In this document: piece by piece, positions 48,678-58,339 of the stretch
Layout of the letters: every line of letters begins with the position of its first letter
Numbering within the stretch: the first letter of the stretch is position 1
From: Shigella phage ESH35
DNA length: 64,000 bases
Sequence record: ON528745
Reading direction: 5' to 3' (one strand)
Notes under the pieces: generated by a model
Databases searched by the model: none
Seen by the model: only the letters and a program-made list of their open reading frames with translations
What the model was told of the DNA's origin: nothing
Program-made: the position numbers and the translations under genes

Positions 48678-48823
48678 GTCCATTCATTGGTATTACAAGC
48701 GCTGCATTAGTATCTGGTAGCATTTTACTGGCGGGTTTAGGCGTTGTTCCAGCCGTAGCAGGAGGTCTTCTTGCGTTCGGAATTCAACGTGTTATCATGA
48801 CAGTTATCACAGTCATGCAGTAA
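48674..48823 (+). CDS. small membrane protein (49 aa)
   Basis: ATGA overlap with gene 52; Gly/Ala-rich hydrophobic. Confidence 0.35.
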   Translation: MSPFIGITSAALVSGSILLAGLGVVPAVAGGLLAFGIQRVIMTVITVMQ

Positions 48824-48827
48824 TTTT

Positions 48828-48860
48828 AGGGAGAGCCGAGGCTCTCCCTTTTTTATTTTA
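48828..48860 (+). terminator. rho-independent terminator
   Basis: 9-bp stem AGGGAGAGC-cgag-GCTCTCCCT then TTTTTTATTTT. Confidence 0.8.
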
Positions 48861-48880
48861 AAATTTTTTTCACAAAACGG

Positions 48881-48909
48881 TTTACAACCAAAGCATACTG
48901 TGGTACTAT
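48881..48909 (+). promoter_or_regulatory. T4-type early promoter cassette upstream of motA
   Basis: TTTACA, 17 bp, TGgTACTAT. Confidence 0.6.
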
Positions 48910-48950
48910 ACAACTATCAACTACTGATACAGAATTACGGAGATTAGAAA

Positions 48951-49586
48951 ATGTCTAAAGTAACTTACATCATCAAAGCTTCTAACGATGTTCTGAATGA
49001 AAAAACTGCTGCGATTTTAATTACTATTGCTAAGAAAGATTTCATTACAGCTGCAGAAGTTCGTGAGGTGCATCCAGATTTAGGTAACGCAGTAGTTAAT
49101 AGTAATATTGGGGTATTGATTAAAAAAGGCCTGGTGGAGAAATCTGGTGATGGATTAATCATTACAGGTGAAGCTCAGGATATTATTTCAAACGCAGCAA
49201 CTTTATACGCGCAGGAAAATGCTCCGGAACTGCTGAAAAAACGAGCAACTCGTAAAGCTCGTGAGATTACTTCTGATATGGAAGAAGATAAAGACCTCAT
49301 GTTAAAACTTTTAGATGAAAATGGATTTGTTCTTAAAAAGGTCGAAACTTATCGCAGTAACTATCTCGCTATTTTAGAAAAACGCACTCACGGAATTCGT
49401 AATTTTGAAATTAACAATAATGGAAATATGCGAATTTTTGGATACAAAATGATGGAACATCATATTCAGAAATTTACTGATATCGGAATGTCATGTAAAA
49501 TCGCTAAAAACGGTAATGTGTATCTTGACATTAAACGTTCAGCAGAAAACATTGAAGCTGTAATCACTGTAGCATCTGAACTGTGA
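48951..49586 (+). CDS. motA: middle-transcription activator MotA
   Basis: 211 aa as in T4, upstream of asiA. Confidence 0.8.
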   Translation: MSKVTYIIKASNDVLNEKTAAILITIAKKDFITAAEVREVHPDLGNAVVNSNIGVLIKKGLVEKSGDGLIITGEAQDIISNAATLYAQENAPELLKKRATRKAREITSDMEEDKDLMLKLLDENGFVLKKVETYRSNYLAILEKRTHGIRNFEINNNGNMRIFGYKMMEHHIQKFTDIGMSCKIAKNGNVYLDIKRSAENIEAVITVASEL

Positions 49587-49596
49587 GGAATAAATA

Positions 49597-49926
49597 ATGA
49601 ACAAGTTAGAAATTATCAATGAACTTCGTCGTTGTGCAGAACCTACTCAAGAGGGTTGGGATATCTGGTACCATGGAGCTTATCTTGGAAGTATCGTAAA
49701 GATTAAGACTGGTAAATATTTAATCATCCGTGGCGGTTCTGAAGCCTCTATGGGAATTCGCAAGAACTTTATGGCAGCGATCAGTACTTTTGTTCAAGCG
49801 GCTTATGAAATTTACCTTGCTGATTATAAAGAATTCCAGGAATCTCAACCAGTTATTCGCTCAATTGGTGTTAACAAAGCTCAACAGAAAACTTTGTGGC
49901 AGCGTATTAAAGGATGGTTTAAATGA
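49597..49926 (+). CDS. hypothetical protein (109 aa)
   Basis: ATG with GAGGA SD. Confidence 0.45.
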   Translation: MNKLEIINELRRCAEPTQEGWDIWYHGAYLGSIVKIKTGKYLIIRGGSEASMGIRKNFMAAISTFVQAAYEIYLADYKEFQESQPVIRSIGVNKAQQKTLWQRIKGWFK

Positions 49927-50384
49927 ACCCATTTATTAATCGTTTAAAAATGTTGAATGTTCCTTTATCTCGTGAGACTCCAGAAAGTCTTGTTGAAAAA
50001 TTTAAAGCGCATGGTTATAAATGCACAGAAGAAGATATTCTGAAAGAAGTTCCTGAAATCTGTTGGCAGTCTGCATATTGGGACGAAAATCAAAAATATC
50101 AACGACGAATTGTTTGCGCAGCCAACCGTTTTAAATTAAAAGATGGACGAACTCTTATTATTCCAGGTGCTCGTCATTATTCTAAAGATATGGCAGAAGT
50201 TTTAGATGTAGTTAAACCTCAATTAGTTACTCAGCAAGTTTGTGATGATGACCAAGGGTTTATTGACCAATATAGTAATTATTGGACACGTGAAGAAGCA
50301 ATGATTATTGCAACTTACGCCGGACAAGTACGTATTGAACGCGGTGGTAGTGAAAAAGAACTTTACTCTGAGGACCTTTACTAA
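49923..50384 (+). CDS. hypothetical protein (153 aa)
   Basis: ATGA overlap. Confidence 0.5.
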   Translation: MNPFINRLKMLNVPLSRETPESLVEKFKAHGYKCTEEDILKEVPEICWQSAYWDENQKYQRRIVCAANRFKLKDGRTLIIPGARHYSKDMAEVLDVVKPQLVTQQVCDDDQGFIDQYSNYWTREEAMIIATYAGQVRIERGGSEKELYSEDLY

Positions 50385-50680
50385 TGAATATTAAAAAGTT
50401 TCAAATTGATGGAATTATGAATCAAATCCAGGCATTGGAATATGCCAATAAAATGATGTCAACTAATTGGGGAATTTATGCCAATGAACCGGTATTTAAG
50501 TTCTGTAATATGGAATTCACCAAAAAGCTCGTAGGAAAAGATTATGTATGTCCATTTAGTTCTCCAATAAATGGAATGCTAAAACCTGCTTTACGCGATC
50601 TTTATATTGCGATGAACGAAGAAATGATAAAAGAATTAAAACGTCAACTGAAGGTGATTCAATTTGGCCAGGGAAATTAA
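50384..50680 (+). CDS. hypothetical protein (98 aa)
   Basis: start abuts previous stop. Confidence 0.45.
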   Translation: MNIKKFQIDGIMNQIQALEYANKMMSTNWGIYANEPVFKFCNMEFTKKLVGKDYVCPFSSPINGMLKPALRDLYIAMNEEMIKELKRQLKVIQFGQGN

Positions 50681-50882
50681 TTCAAAATCTGACTATTTTA
50701 ATTCTCTCAATGATAAAGATAAAAATCTAATACGGCATTTTATCGTTGAGATGGGATATACTGATACACGTGATTTAAGAGAACATATATTTGAATGTGG
50801 TGTAGCTAAAAAGTTTTCATTCACATGCAAATGTTTAAGAGAGGTAATTCAGCACTATGAACAATTTAGTCGCAAAACATAA
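50664..50882 (+). CDS. hypothetical protein (up to 72 aa; start uncertain)
   Basis: TTG-initiated track ORF; first in-frame ATG at 50751. Confidence 0.25.
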   Translation: MAREINSKSDYFNSLNDKDKNLIRHFIVEMGYTDTRDLREHIFECGVAKKFSFTCKCLREVIQHYEQFSRKT

Positions 50883-50965
50883 TTTTAATAAAGCTTCTGT
50901 TCATAAGGATAAGAAGAAAGCGTTTAAAGAATCTAATCGCAAACAGAAACATAAGGGGAAGGTCT

Positions 50966-51244
50966 ATGATTATTGATTCTCAATCCGTGGTTCAATACAC
51001 AATCAAAATTGATATTCTAGAAAAGCTATATAAGTTTCTACCAAATCTATACCATTCAATTGTCAATGAATTAGTTGAAGAACTACATCTTGAGAATAAC
51101 GATTTCTTAATTGGAACTTATAAAGACCTCTCAAAAGTAGGATATTTTTACGTAATTCCAGCTCCAGGAAAAAGTATTGATGATGTATTAAAAACTATAA
51201 TGATTTATGTCCATGATTACGAAATTGAAGATTATTTCGAATGA
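50966..51244 (+). CDS. hypothetical acidic protein (92 aa) at the T4 arn position
   Basis: size and synteny only. Confidence 0.4.
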   Translation: MIIDSQSVVQYTIKIDILEKLYKFLPNLYHSIVNELVEELHLENNDFLIGTYKDLSKVGYFYVIPAPGKSIDDVLKTIMIYVHDYEIEDYFE

Positions 51245-51393
51245 GTCATAATCTTGAAATGGTAATCGAGCATAATGCAGCTCAGGAACGCGAGTCGTTC
51301 AAGGAATTCGTAGAAAAAATTTTTGAAGAAAATAACACAGACCAGTTTACAAATCAAGCGTCTGATGATATTATAACAAAGTCAACTAATTGA
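51241..51393 (+). CDS. hypothetical small acidic protein (50 aa)
   Basis: ATGA overlap. Confidence 0.3.
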   Translation: MSHNLEMVIEHNAAQERESFKEFVEKIFEENNTDQFTNQASDDIITKSTN

Positions 51394-51405
51394 GTGGTAT
51401 AGTTA

Positions 51406-51678
51406 ATGAATAAAAATATTGATACAGTTCGTGAAATTATTACTGTTGCGTCTATTTTGATTAAATTTTCCAGAGAAGATATTGTTGAGAATCGTGCTAA
51501 TTTTATTGCATTTCTGAATGAGATTGGAGTAACGCATGAAGGTAGAAAATTAAATCAGAATTCATTCCGTAAAATTGTTTCTGAATTAACCCAAGAAGAT
51601 AAGAAAACCCTCATCGACGAATTCAACGAGGGTTTTGAGGGTGTATATCGATATCTAGAGATGTATACAAACAAATAA
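51406..51678 (+). CDS. asiA: anti-sigma-70 protein AsiA
   Basis: 90 aa; matches recalled T4 AsiA. Confidence 0.9.
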   Translation: MNKNIDTVREIITVASILIKFSREDIVENRANFIAFLNEIGVTHEGRKLNQNSFRKIVSELTQEDKKTLIDEFNEGFEGVYRYLEMYTNK

Positions 51679-52335
51679 TTATTTAGCCCTTCCTAATATT
51701 CTGGCCGCCTGAGAACATATTGATTCAAGGCGGTCATTACTTATATGATCATTTCTATACCAGTACATGGTTATTGTTCCAGCATAGATGTTATCCAAAT
51801 TAAAATATGGACAACTGTACATGTAGTTTATTTCGGGAGTAGGCTTTTTAGTTGGTAAAAAAGCAAATTTTGAGTTGGAATAATAATGACGTCCATTTAA
51901 ATGAACTGTATATTCATCCATAGTTTTATCAACAGGATATCCTCCAAGTGATTTTTCACTTATTGTTGAAGGTAATTTTCCTTCATATGCTATAACATCA
52001 ACAAAATAGTTTAAGTTTTTAGGGCGGAAAGAATACACCGCACTAAAGTCTGCCTCAGATGATATGTGAACTATCTGGAGTTGTTCCAGGGCGACAGATT
52101 CAAAGCGTGCATTTCTTTCCTTTTCAATAATTTCACTGTATGTTTCATACTTTGATTGCTTATAGTACTCAAAGAAACTATCTCCCCTATACCAAACAAT
52201 CGCCATCATAAATAAAAGAATTACGACAGCTACCCGGGAAGCAAGAACTTTCCCGGTAGCGTTATCTTTGAACAAGCGATCTAGAACACCAAATAGAATA
52301 TCAGAGGGCGAAAATGATATTCTAGGTGCTGCCAT
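51679..52335 (-). CDS. t: holin T
   Basis: 218 aa as in T4; one N-proximal transmembrane segment and large C-terminal domain; convergent with asiA. Confidence 0.9.
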   Translation of the reverse strand: MAAPRISFSPSDILFGVLDRLFKDNATGKVLASRVAVVILLFMMAIVWYRGDSFFEYYKQSKYETYSEIIEKERNARFESVALEQLQIVHISSEADFSAVYSFRPKNLNYFVDVIAYEGKLPSTISEKSLGGYPVDKTMDEYTVHLNGRHYYSNSKFAFLPTKKPTPEINYMYSCPYFNLDNIYAGTITMYWYRNDHISNDRLESICSQAARILGRAK

Positions 52336-52365
52336 AGACCCTCCTTTTAAGGATATTTATTCAAA

Positions 52366-53142
52366 TTATACTCTTGGACCATATATTGCTCCAACGTTTT
52401 GCCATGTCGGTGTAGACCCTATGACGGCATAACCAGCAGCTCCGCCATCGTATTCAGATCCTTGACCACGAATATTACATCTACCTCCTGCGGAGCCAAC
52501 TTCGCCACCGCCACCGCCGCTATAGATACCGTTCACAGACCCTGCGCCAGGCGCAGAAATAGTACCAGCAGTTGCTCCTGATTGCATATCAATAGATCCG
52601 CCCGGTGCGCCAAACGGACGCCCGCCGCCGCCGCCAAAAGTCAATCTCATTTGTGAAAAAGGAGAATAATATCCGCCGCCGCCACCGCCGCCACCTCCAG
52701 CAATAGCTCCGCCATTATTAATTCTTAGTCTCCCACCAATATCGTTTTGAATACAATGACCTCCAGCTGAGCCAGGACTATTGCTACCGCCATTACCGCC
52801 ACGTCCATACATCGTTACGCCGTGTATATTCAACTGAACATATTCATTCGGTGTATCTCCATACATGAAGAATAAAGGAACATCTTTAGAATATGATACT
52901 AAATCTCCAGTGATATTAAACACTATAGGTGCACTACCTGCCTCAAAACATCTATCTCGGAACCATTGACCATTGAAGTTATGGTCTGCTCCAAGTGTGT
53001 GAATTACTTCAACAGATCGACCTATCATATTACTCATCCAAAACGGAATTCCCATTCTCAATCTCTGTGCGGCACCACCCATCCAAGGATCTCCAGTCTG
53101 TACCCTTGCAGACCATCCTACCCACGGTCCTGTTACTGCCAT
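52366..53142 (-). CDS. 38: tail-fibre adhesin gp38, T2-type with glycine-rich motifs
   Basis: 258 aa from ATG after GGAGG SD; poly-Gly runs between variable segments. Confidence 0.85.
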   Translation of the reverse strand: MAVTGPWVGWSARVQTGDPWMGGAAQRLRMGIPFWMSNMIGRSVEVIHTLGADHNFNGQWFRDRCFEAGSAPIVFNITGDLVSYSKDVPLFFMYGDTPNEYVQLNIHGVTMYGRGGNGGSNSPGSAGGHCIQNDIGGRLRINNGGAIAGGGGGGGGGYYSPFSQMRLTFGGGGGRPFGAPGGSIDMQSGATAGTISAPGAGSVNGIYSGGGGGEVGSAGGRCNIRGQGSEYDGGAAGYAVIGSTPTWQNVGAIYGPRV

Positions 53143-53154
53143 ATAAACCTCCAA

Positions 53155-53168
53155 GGGGCCGAAGCCCC
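53155..53168. other. GC-rich hairpin between genes 37 and 38
   Basis: GGGGC-cgaa-GCCCC read on + strand. Confidence 0.4.
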
Positions 53169-53173
53169 TCTTA

Positions 53174-56100
53174 TTATTTTAACAATGATTTAACTAATGC
53201 TTTAAGTTCTTCAATTTCTGATTTAAGTTCCGCAATTTCTGCAGTATGCTCATTGATTGCAGCTGTATTTAAACCAATTACACCGTTATAGTTCAAACGA
53301 AGTAAAGCTTCGCCATCAGGGTCACCTTCAACTAATTCAGGCAAAATAGCTTGAACTTCTTGAGCTATCAAACCGGCGTTTGGTTCCCATTTCTGATTAC
53401 CTTCTTCATCTAGGCCTCGCTTCTGCATATAAGTGTAACCATTAATTTTTGAAAGCTTCTCAGAAGCATTTTCAAATTTAACGAGGTCTTTTTTAACACG
53501 AATATCAGAACGGACATAAACATCACGGACAAACGTTGAATAACTATCATTTGCCTGAACGAGATGCCCATGAGAAACGATAGCTCTTCCAACTTCTGTC
53601 CAAAAAGCACCGGTTGAATCCCAAAGCCCAGGATGAGATTGATAGCCTGCTCCCCAGTTTGCAATATGTATACCATTGGCAACCATATTGATTCGGCCGT
53701 CACCGCCATGAACTAACCCAGTGTCATTATCACCAATAACAACGCATGCGCCTGTCCATACAGGGTCACCTCCACCAGCTGATAATCTTACTCCAGCTTT
53801 AACCATGTCAGGAACGTACATGTTTCCATTATGGTGGAATTCGAAGATAGCTTGCGGATCGCTAGCATTTTCCTGATTACCTACACGGATAATACCTTGT
53901 GCCCAGTTATTAGTAATGCGTCGCATACCGAAATCAACACCAGATACGTACCCTTCATTAGTAATAACAGATTTTCCTTTAATAATAGGATAATAGCAGT
54001 CATTGCCGACACTACCAAAATCCACAAATATAGGAGCTTCTTGATGCCATTGGTTTCCCCAGTCACCAGCTTGATGCGCAGTCCATTGAGTCCCATTTAT
54101 ATGGAGACGATCGCAGTTAAAGTTAAATGTTGCAGCACCTTGTGGAATCAGCGCGATTTCACCAATAGAGTTAATTTGCACAGCCCCATTGGTTTTATAG
54201 TTGTAGAATGATACGGTATTATCAGCGCCGCCTTTACCAATATACCATTGATTTTCTCCACCGCCAGTAGAAAGAAGGTAGCTTGCATCAGTCGCTGAAG
54301 GCGCAGCTAAGTTAATAGCATCAGAATCTCTTCTAATAATCAACTTGCCGGTCATCGTGTCGCCTTCTTTCGAAACACGAGTCGCAATAGCATCGCGAAT
54401 ATTAGTTACGTCGCCAGCTGAAGTAAACGTTTTCCAGATATCAGACCAGATATTACCATTGCGAGCAATAGTAGCTTCACCGCCGCCAACAGAAACGTTA
54501 TCTGGGAAGTTAACAGTACCGTCTTGATTAAAACGAGACGTATGGCCTTGTGAACCATCTTCTTTCAGATGATGAATAACGAATGTACCCGAATTAATTT
54601 CAGTACCTAAAGACCAAACGGATTTACCGTTTAGAAACTTCTGTTTAACAATAGGATAATATTTGCTTACAGCATCGTCATCGATTTCCTGGAAAACAGG
54701 AGCTGCTTGAGCATATTGAATATCATAACCACCAGCGCCTGCACCATGGCCAACAAATTTAATATAGCCGTTCGCAGTGATCGTATTGTATTTTGATTGT
54801 AAATCTGGAATAGTAACTTTACCAGTATCTAAAGCCATACTAAACGGGCGAAGTGGACCGATATCGCCATCTTTGCCTTCGCCATAAGCAGTTGGAATAA
54901 TATGAAGACTTTCTTCTGAACGTCTAAAAATGGCTCCATAATCTGCGTTCCAAATACGAAGAGCATTCACTGCTCCAGATGAAATTTCACCTGTTGTGTG
55001 AACTCCTCTATCTCCAGCAGTAACACCAGATGATTCAAATGAACCATTAACGTTCATTTCTACTTCACCTGTTGTAAGTCTTTGAATATAGCTCATCCAA
55101 CTAGTTGCATCAGAAATTTCCATGACATTTTTACGATTACCTACGCTAGGATTAGTAAACGTGTTACCCCACACGGAAATTGTCATATTATCAACTGAAC
55201 TACTACCAGTTGTGTTACCTCTAAACAACAGAGTAGATGCATTGTTGCGGCCGTCAATATTAACCGAACCACCAATAACATTAATATCACCTGGAGTAAC
55301 TAACAAACCGCCTTGAGTATTAATGTTTGTAGTACCCTTACCGCGGAAATAATGATGATAGTTACCGCCTTGGTAATATCCTAAAAGAGTTTGACCGTCA
55401 CCATACGCGTTATTATCATGGTAAGTAACAACAGTGGCCAAAGCATAGTTTTCTGTCGGTGGCGTTGTCATAAGAAGCCCATCTGGAGAATAAGCCATAA
55501 CCATTTTTCTAAGGCTTTGCGTTTCTCCTGGGCCATAGATGAAAGTTTTTGTTCCGTTGTTTACTGTATAGAAATATCCATCTTGATGCCATTTTAACCC
55601 AGTGTCATTATCACCAAGAGCAATTGAGGCAGTCCCTAATTCAGAATATCCTTTTGGACCGCCTGGGGTACCTATAGAAATAGAATGACCCGCTTTCAAC
55701 CCACCGGACCACGTAAACGACCAAAGATAGGCATCTAACCCGTCACCGGCGTACCAGGTTATCCCGTCGTTATCTTTAACTTCATGGAATATACCAGATC
55801 CTACGGCATTTCGCATAACACGGAGGTGGTTAATAGCCGTTTCGCTTTCTGCCAATGGAGTGTTATTTGCTAATGAATAGATATCATAATCGCCTGTCTT
55901 CTTCCCATTTGTAATAACTTTATCGGTCAGAATTTGTGGAGACGAAATAGATTTCCATGCTGATACTTCAGGTGAAGTAAATAGGCCACTGCCTGAAAAT
56001 GCATAAGTGCTTTCGCTACCAGCGGCGTAGTCTTGAACCCTGATATTAAGTACTTGTGTAGTTAAACCATCATTAGCCGGGGCATAAATGATTCCACGTT

Positions 56101-56488
56101 CGCGACTATTGCCATCGAAAAAACGAACATGCGCTGTACCTGAACTTTTTGTAATAAGTTCTCCGCCTTCAGTCATAATCTGCCCGGCGGCAATAATATC
56201 ACGAGTTACTCGAGCAATACCAGTTAAATTAAAATTACCTGTCTGAGTGAATGTGCCATTTAAAGTATAATCGCCAGTTTGGTTATAATTGCCTGTATGA
56301 ATAACATTCCCGTCAATATTACCGCCTTTAGCAAAACCCAGATCAATAATATTTCCTTGGTCATCTTTAGTAAAAAGTACACGGTCTTTTAAGTTTATAG
56401 CCAATTCACCTTCGGCTAATACTGAAGCGGCAGGACGTGCTCCTGCAGTTTTGCTTCTTTTAAATTGTATTTGTTTTAAAGTAGCCAT
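53174..56488 (-). CDS. 37: long tail fibre distal subunit with C-terminal intramolecular-chaperone-like domain
   Basis: 1104 aa; C-terminal SDIRVKKDL...coiled-coil segment. Confidence 0.9.
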   Translation of the reverse strand: MATLKQIQFKRSKTAGARPAASVLAEGELAINLKDRVLFTKDDQGNIIDLGFAKGGNIDGNVIHTGNYNQTGDYTLNGTFTQTGNFNLTGIARVTRDIIAAGQIMTEGGELITKSSGTAHVRFFDGNSRERGIIYAPANDGLTTQVLNIRVQDYAAGSESTYAFSGSGLFTSPEVSAWKSISSPQILTDKVITNGKKTGDYDIYSLANNTPLAESETAINHLRVMRNAVGSGIFHEVKDNDGITWYAGDGLDAYLWSFTWSGGLKAGHSISIGTPGGPKGYSELGTASIALGDNDTGLKWHQDGYFYTVNNGTKTFIYGPGETQSLRKMVMAYSPDGLLMTTPPTENYALATVVTYHDNNAYGDGQTLLGYYQGGNYHHYFRGKGTTNINTQGGLLVTPGDINVIGGSVNIDGRNNASTLLFRGNTTGSSSVDNMTISVWGNTFTNPSVGNRKNVMEISDATSWMSYIQRLTTGEVEMNVNGSFESSGVTAGDRGVHTTGEISSGAVNALRIWNADYGAIFRRSEESLHIIPTAYGEGKDGDIGPLRPFSMALDTGKVTIPDLQSKYNTITANGYIKFVGHGAGAGGYDIQYAQAAPVFQEIDDDAVSKYYPIVKQKFLNGKSVWSLGTEINSGTFVIHHLKEDGSQGHTSRFNQDGTVNFPDNVSVGGGEATIARNGNIWSDIWKTFTSAGDVTNIRDAIATRVSKEGDTMTGKLIIRRDSDAINLAAPSATDASYLLSTGGGENQWYIGKGGADNTVSFYNYKTNGAVQINSIGEIALIPQGAATFNFNCDRLHINGTQWTAHQAGDWGNQWHQEAPIFVDFGSVGNDCYYPIIKGKSVITNEGYVSGVDFGMRRITNNWAQGIIRVGNQENASDPQAIFEFHHNGNMYVPDMVKAGVRLSAGGGDPVWTGACVVIGDNDTGLVHGGDGRINMVANGIHIANWGAGYQSHPGLWDSTGAFWTEVGRAIVSHGHLVQANDSYSTFVRDVYVRSDIRVKKDLVKFENASEKLSKINGYTYMQKRGLDEEGNQKWEPNAGLIAQEVQAILPELVEGDPDGEALLRLNYNGVIGLNTAAINEHTAEIAELKSEIEELKALVKSLLK

Positions 56489-56496
56489 AAGTCCTC

Positions 56497-57153
56497 TTAA
56501 TAATAGCCGAAATCTTGAACAGAATCCTTAATAACAATTTGGTCAAATCGTGGAACATGTGAGGGTTGAGATGCAGGATTCTGTGAAAAAAGGTTTGGCG
56601 CAGTTAAATTTCCTGTCATAGTGTCTCCAGAGCGTAATACCCTAGAGTTTGCGTTTGCTGTAACAATATTTATTGCTCCATCAACATAATCTTTCCGCGT
56701 AAGGTCATAATTATTTACTGGTGATAACGAAGTTACACGGATTTGTGATGCTTCAATTACGCCCTTTGAGCTAATATCTCCATTTCGTGTGTTAATTACT
56801 ACAGTTCTACCTGCTGTTCCTTGTGATGATTTAAAACCAATACCATACCACGAAACAATATCCATATTTGTAGTATCATACGTGGCACTATCACCAGGAC
56901 CAGCAAAAATACCATTATCGCCTGACCCTGCGCCAGGAACAGTCATTCCTTTATTAAAAATTACTTTATTTAAATAAGTACCACCATTAGCTTTAGAAAC
57001 GAAATCGTTATCTGCAGCTTGTGGTTTATTATATTCTGAATATATTTTAAATGATTTATAGAGTACATCGTCACCGGCTGGATTCAATGGAAAATTTCCT
57101 TGATGCCAAATGACAGAGCCTCCGGTTGTTGAACCTACTTTTAAATCAGCCAT
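56497..57153 (-). CDS. 36: long tail fibre distal connector
   Basis: 218 aa, between 35 and 37. Confidence 0.85.
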   Translation of the reverse strand: MADLKVGSTTGGSVIWHQGNFPLNPAGDDVLYKSFKIYSEYNKPQAADNDFVSKANGGTYLNKVIFNKGMTVPGAGSGDNGIFAGPGDSATYDTTNMDIVSWYGIGFKSSQGTAGRTVVINTRNGDISSKGVIEASQIRVTSLSPVNNYDLTRKDYVDGAINIVTANANSRVLRSGDTMTGNLTAPNLFSQNPASQPSHVPRFDQIVIKDSVQDFGYY

Positions 57154-57176
57154 TGTATGCCCCTTTATTTTAATAG

Positions 57177-57184
57177 TATTTATA
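57177..57184 (-). promoter_or_regulatory. late promoter TATAAATA for gene 36
   Basis: exact TATAAATA on - strand about 23 nt upstream of gene 36 start. Confidence 0.55.
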
Positions 57185-57209
57185 AAGAAAAAGGGAACCC
57201 GAAGGCTCC
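57185..57209 (-). terminator. hairpin plus U tract after gene 35
   Basis: GGGAGCC-ttcg-GGTTCCC then TTTTTCTTT on - strand. Confidence 0.55.
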
Positions 57210-57215
57210 CTCAAT

Positions 57216-58331
57216 TTAAACTTCTCTAAATTCTTGTCCAAACACTTTACCAGTTTTAGACGATGCTTGTGTAGGAAGTACCATTATATCTGGAGGTGAA
57301 GCAGATTCACAGACATAATTAACTCGAATACCATTGACGCCAAATTCTGCAGGTTTTGAAATTCCGCCATTTCTTGATACTTCAGAAAAACTTAAATTCC
57401 TCATGCCACCTTGACCTGCTTGTGCAGTTCTTTGTGCATATATCGTAAATCCTACTGCATTTTCAGGAACAACTACATAGTCTTCCTTTAATTCCCATGA
57501 CTCAGCTTGTCCAGTAAACTCAGCATGTGTTGAAGAAATATATCCATCCGATTCATCATAAAAACGGATAGATATATTTGTAGTTCCAAGAGCAAGTAAA
57601 TCGGCATCAGCATATAGTTGTGCTTTAAGATAAAGAACATCGCCAGGAATTAAATTGTAGTCAGAAAGTTTACTTATCGCGGATGAAGTTGGTAGACGTG
57701 CAATTTCGTTATTAGTTCCACCAACCGCTGACATAAACTGCTCAACGCTTTCATATGTTCTTCTTGGAAACCCGGTAGCTCCAACGTCTTCTAAACTGTC
57801 AAATACAACATCTAAAATAGTTTGATAATCATCTGTGCTTTTTCTATTACTCAGTTTAACATGTTCTAATGCAATAGCTCTTTTAGAAGAAGTATAAAAG
57901 GCAGCATATGATACGTCAAATCTTGACAATATAGAATCAGATGGAAAAGCAGACGTTCCCGCAACTCTTAGCCAAGATACTACCTCAGGAGGAAAATTAA
58001 CCTTTCCGCTAGTTAATATAGCAACAAGTCTATTATTCGTCAAAGAGTTCATGAAACTAACAAAAGCAGCAGATGTTGTATCATTTGAAGTAGAAAAAAC
58101 ATATGACTTACTATCAACCAATGCTCCTGTAGAAGGGTCAAAAACTCTTAAATGAAGACCTGCGTTAAATGTTTGACTTCCGATAGGATTATCCTGAAAT
58201 TTGACATATGGTCCTGCTGTAGAAAGCGGGCAAGAACCCGCTATACTTATTTTATATCTTACTGAATTACTTTCCGATAAAAATGGCGTTTGGACATATC
58301 CTTGTCCAAACTTTGCCATAAATTTTTCCAT
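57216..58331 (-). CDS. 35: long tail fibre hinge protein
   Basis: 371 aa, between 34 and 36. Confidence 0.85.
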   Translation of the reverse strand: MEKFMAKFGQGYVQTPFLSESNSVRYKISIAGSCPLSTAGPYVKFQDNPIGSQTFNAGLHLRVFDPSTGALVDSKSYVFSTSNDTTSAAFVSFMNSLTNNRLVAILTSGKVNFPPEVVSWLRVAGTSAFPSDSILSRFDVSYAAFYTSSKRAIALEHVKLSNRKSTDDYQTILDVVFDSLEDVGATGFPRRTYESVEQFMSAVGGTNNEIARLPTSSAISKLSDYNLIPGDVLYLKAQLYADADLLALGTTNISIRFYDESDGYISSTHAEFTGQAESWELKEDYVVVPENAVGFTIYAQRTAQAGQGGMRNLSFSEVSRNGGISKPAEFGVNGIRVNYVCESASPPDIMVLPTQASSKTGKVFGQEFREV

Positions 58332-58339
58332 AATACCTC

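Noticed and set aside
52336-52365. Late promoter for holin t
   Set aside because: Only AATAAATA (7 of 8) on the minus strand; kept as a possibility, not reported as a feature.
52480-52780. Poly-glycine-encoding GGNGGN runs flagged as a possible simple repeat or CRISPR-like array
   Set aside because: They are in frame within gp38 and encode its glycine-rich motifs; no spacer-repeat periodicity.
52399-56977. Numerous + strand ORFs of 60 to 126 aa across the tail-fibre block
   Set aside because: Antisense to genes 38, 37 and 36; Ser/Pro/Thr-rich translations typical of the reverse frame of Gly/Ala-rich fibre genes.
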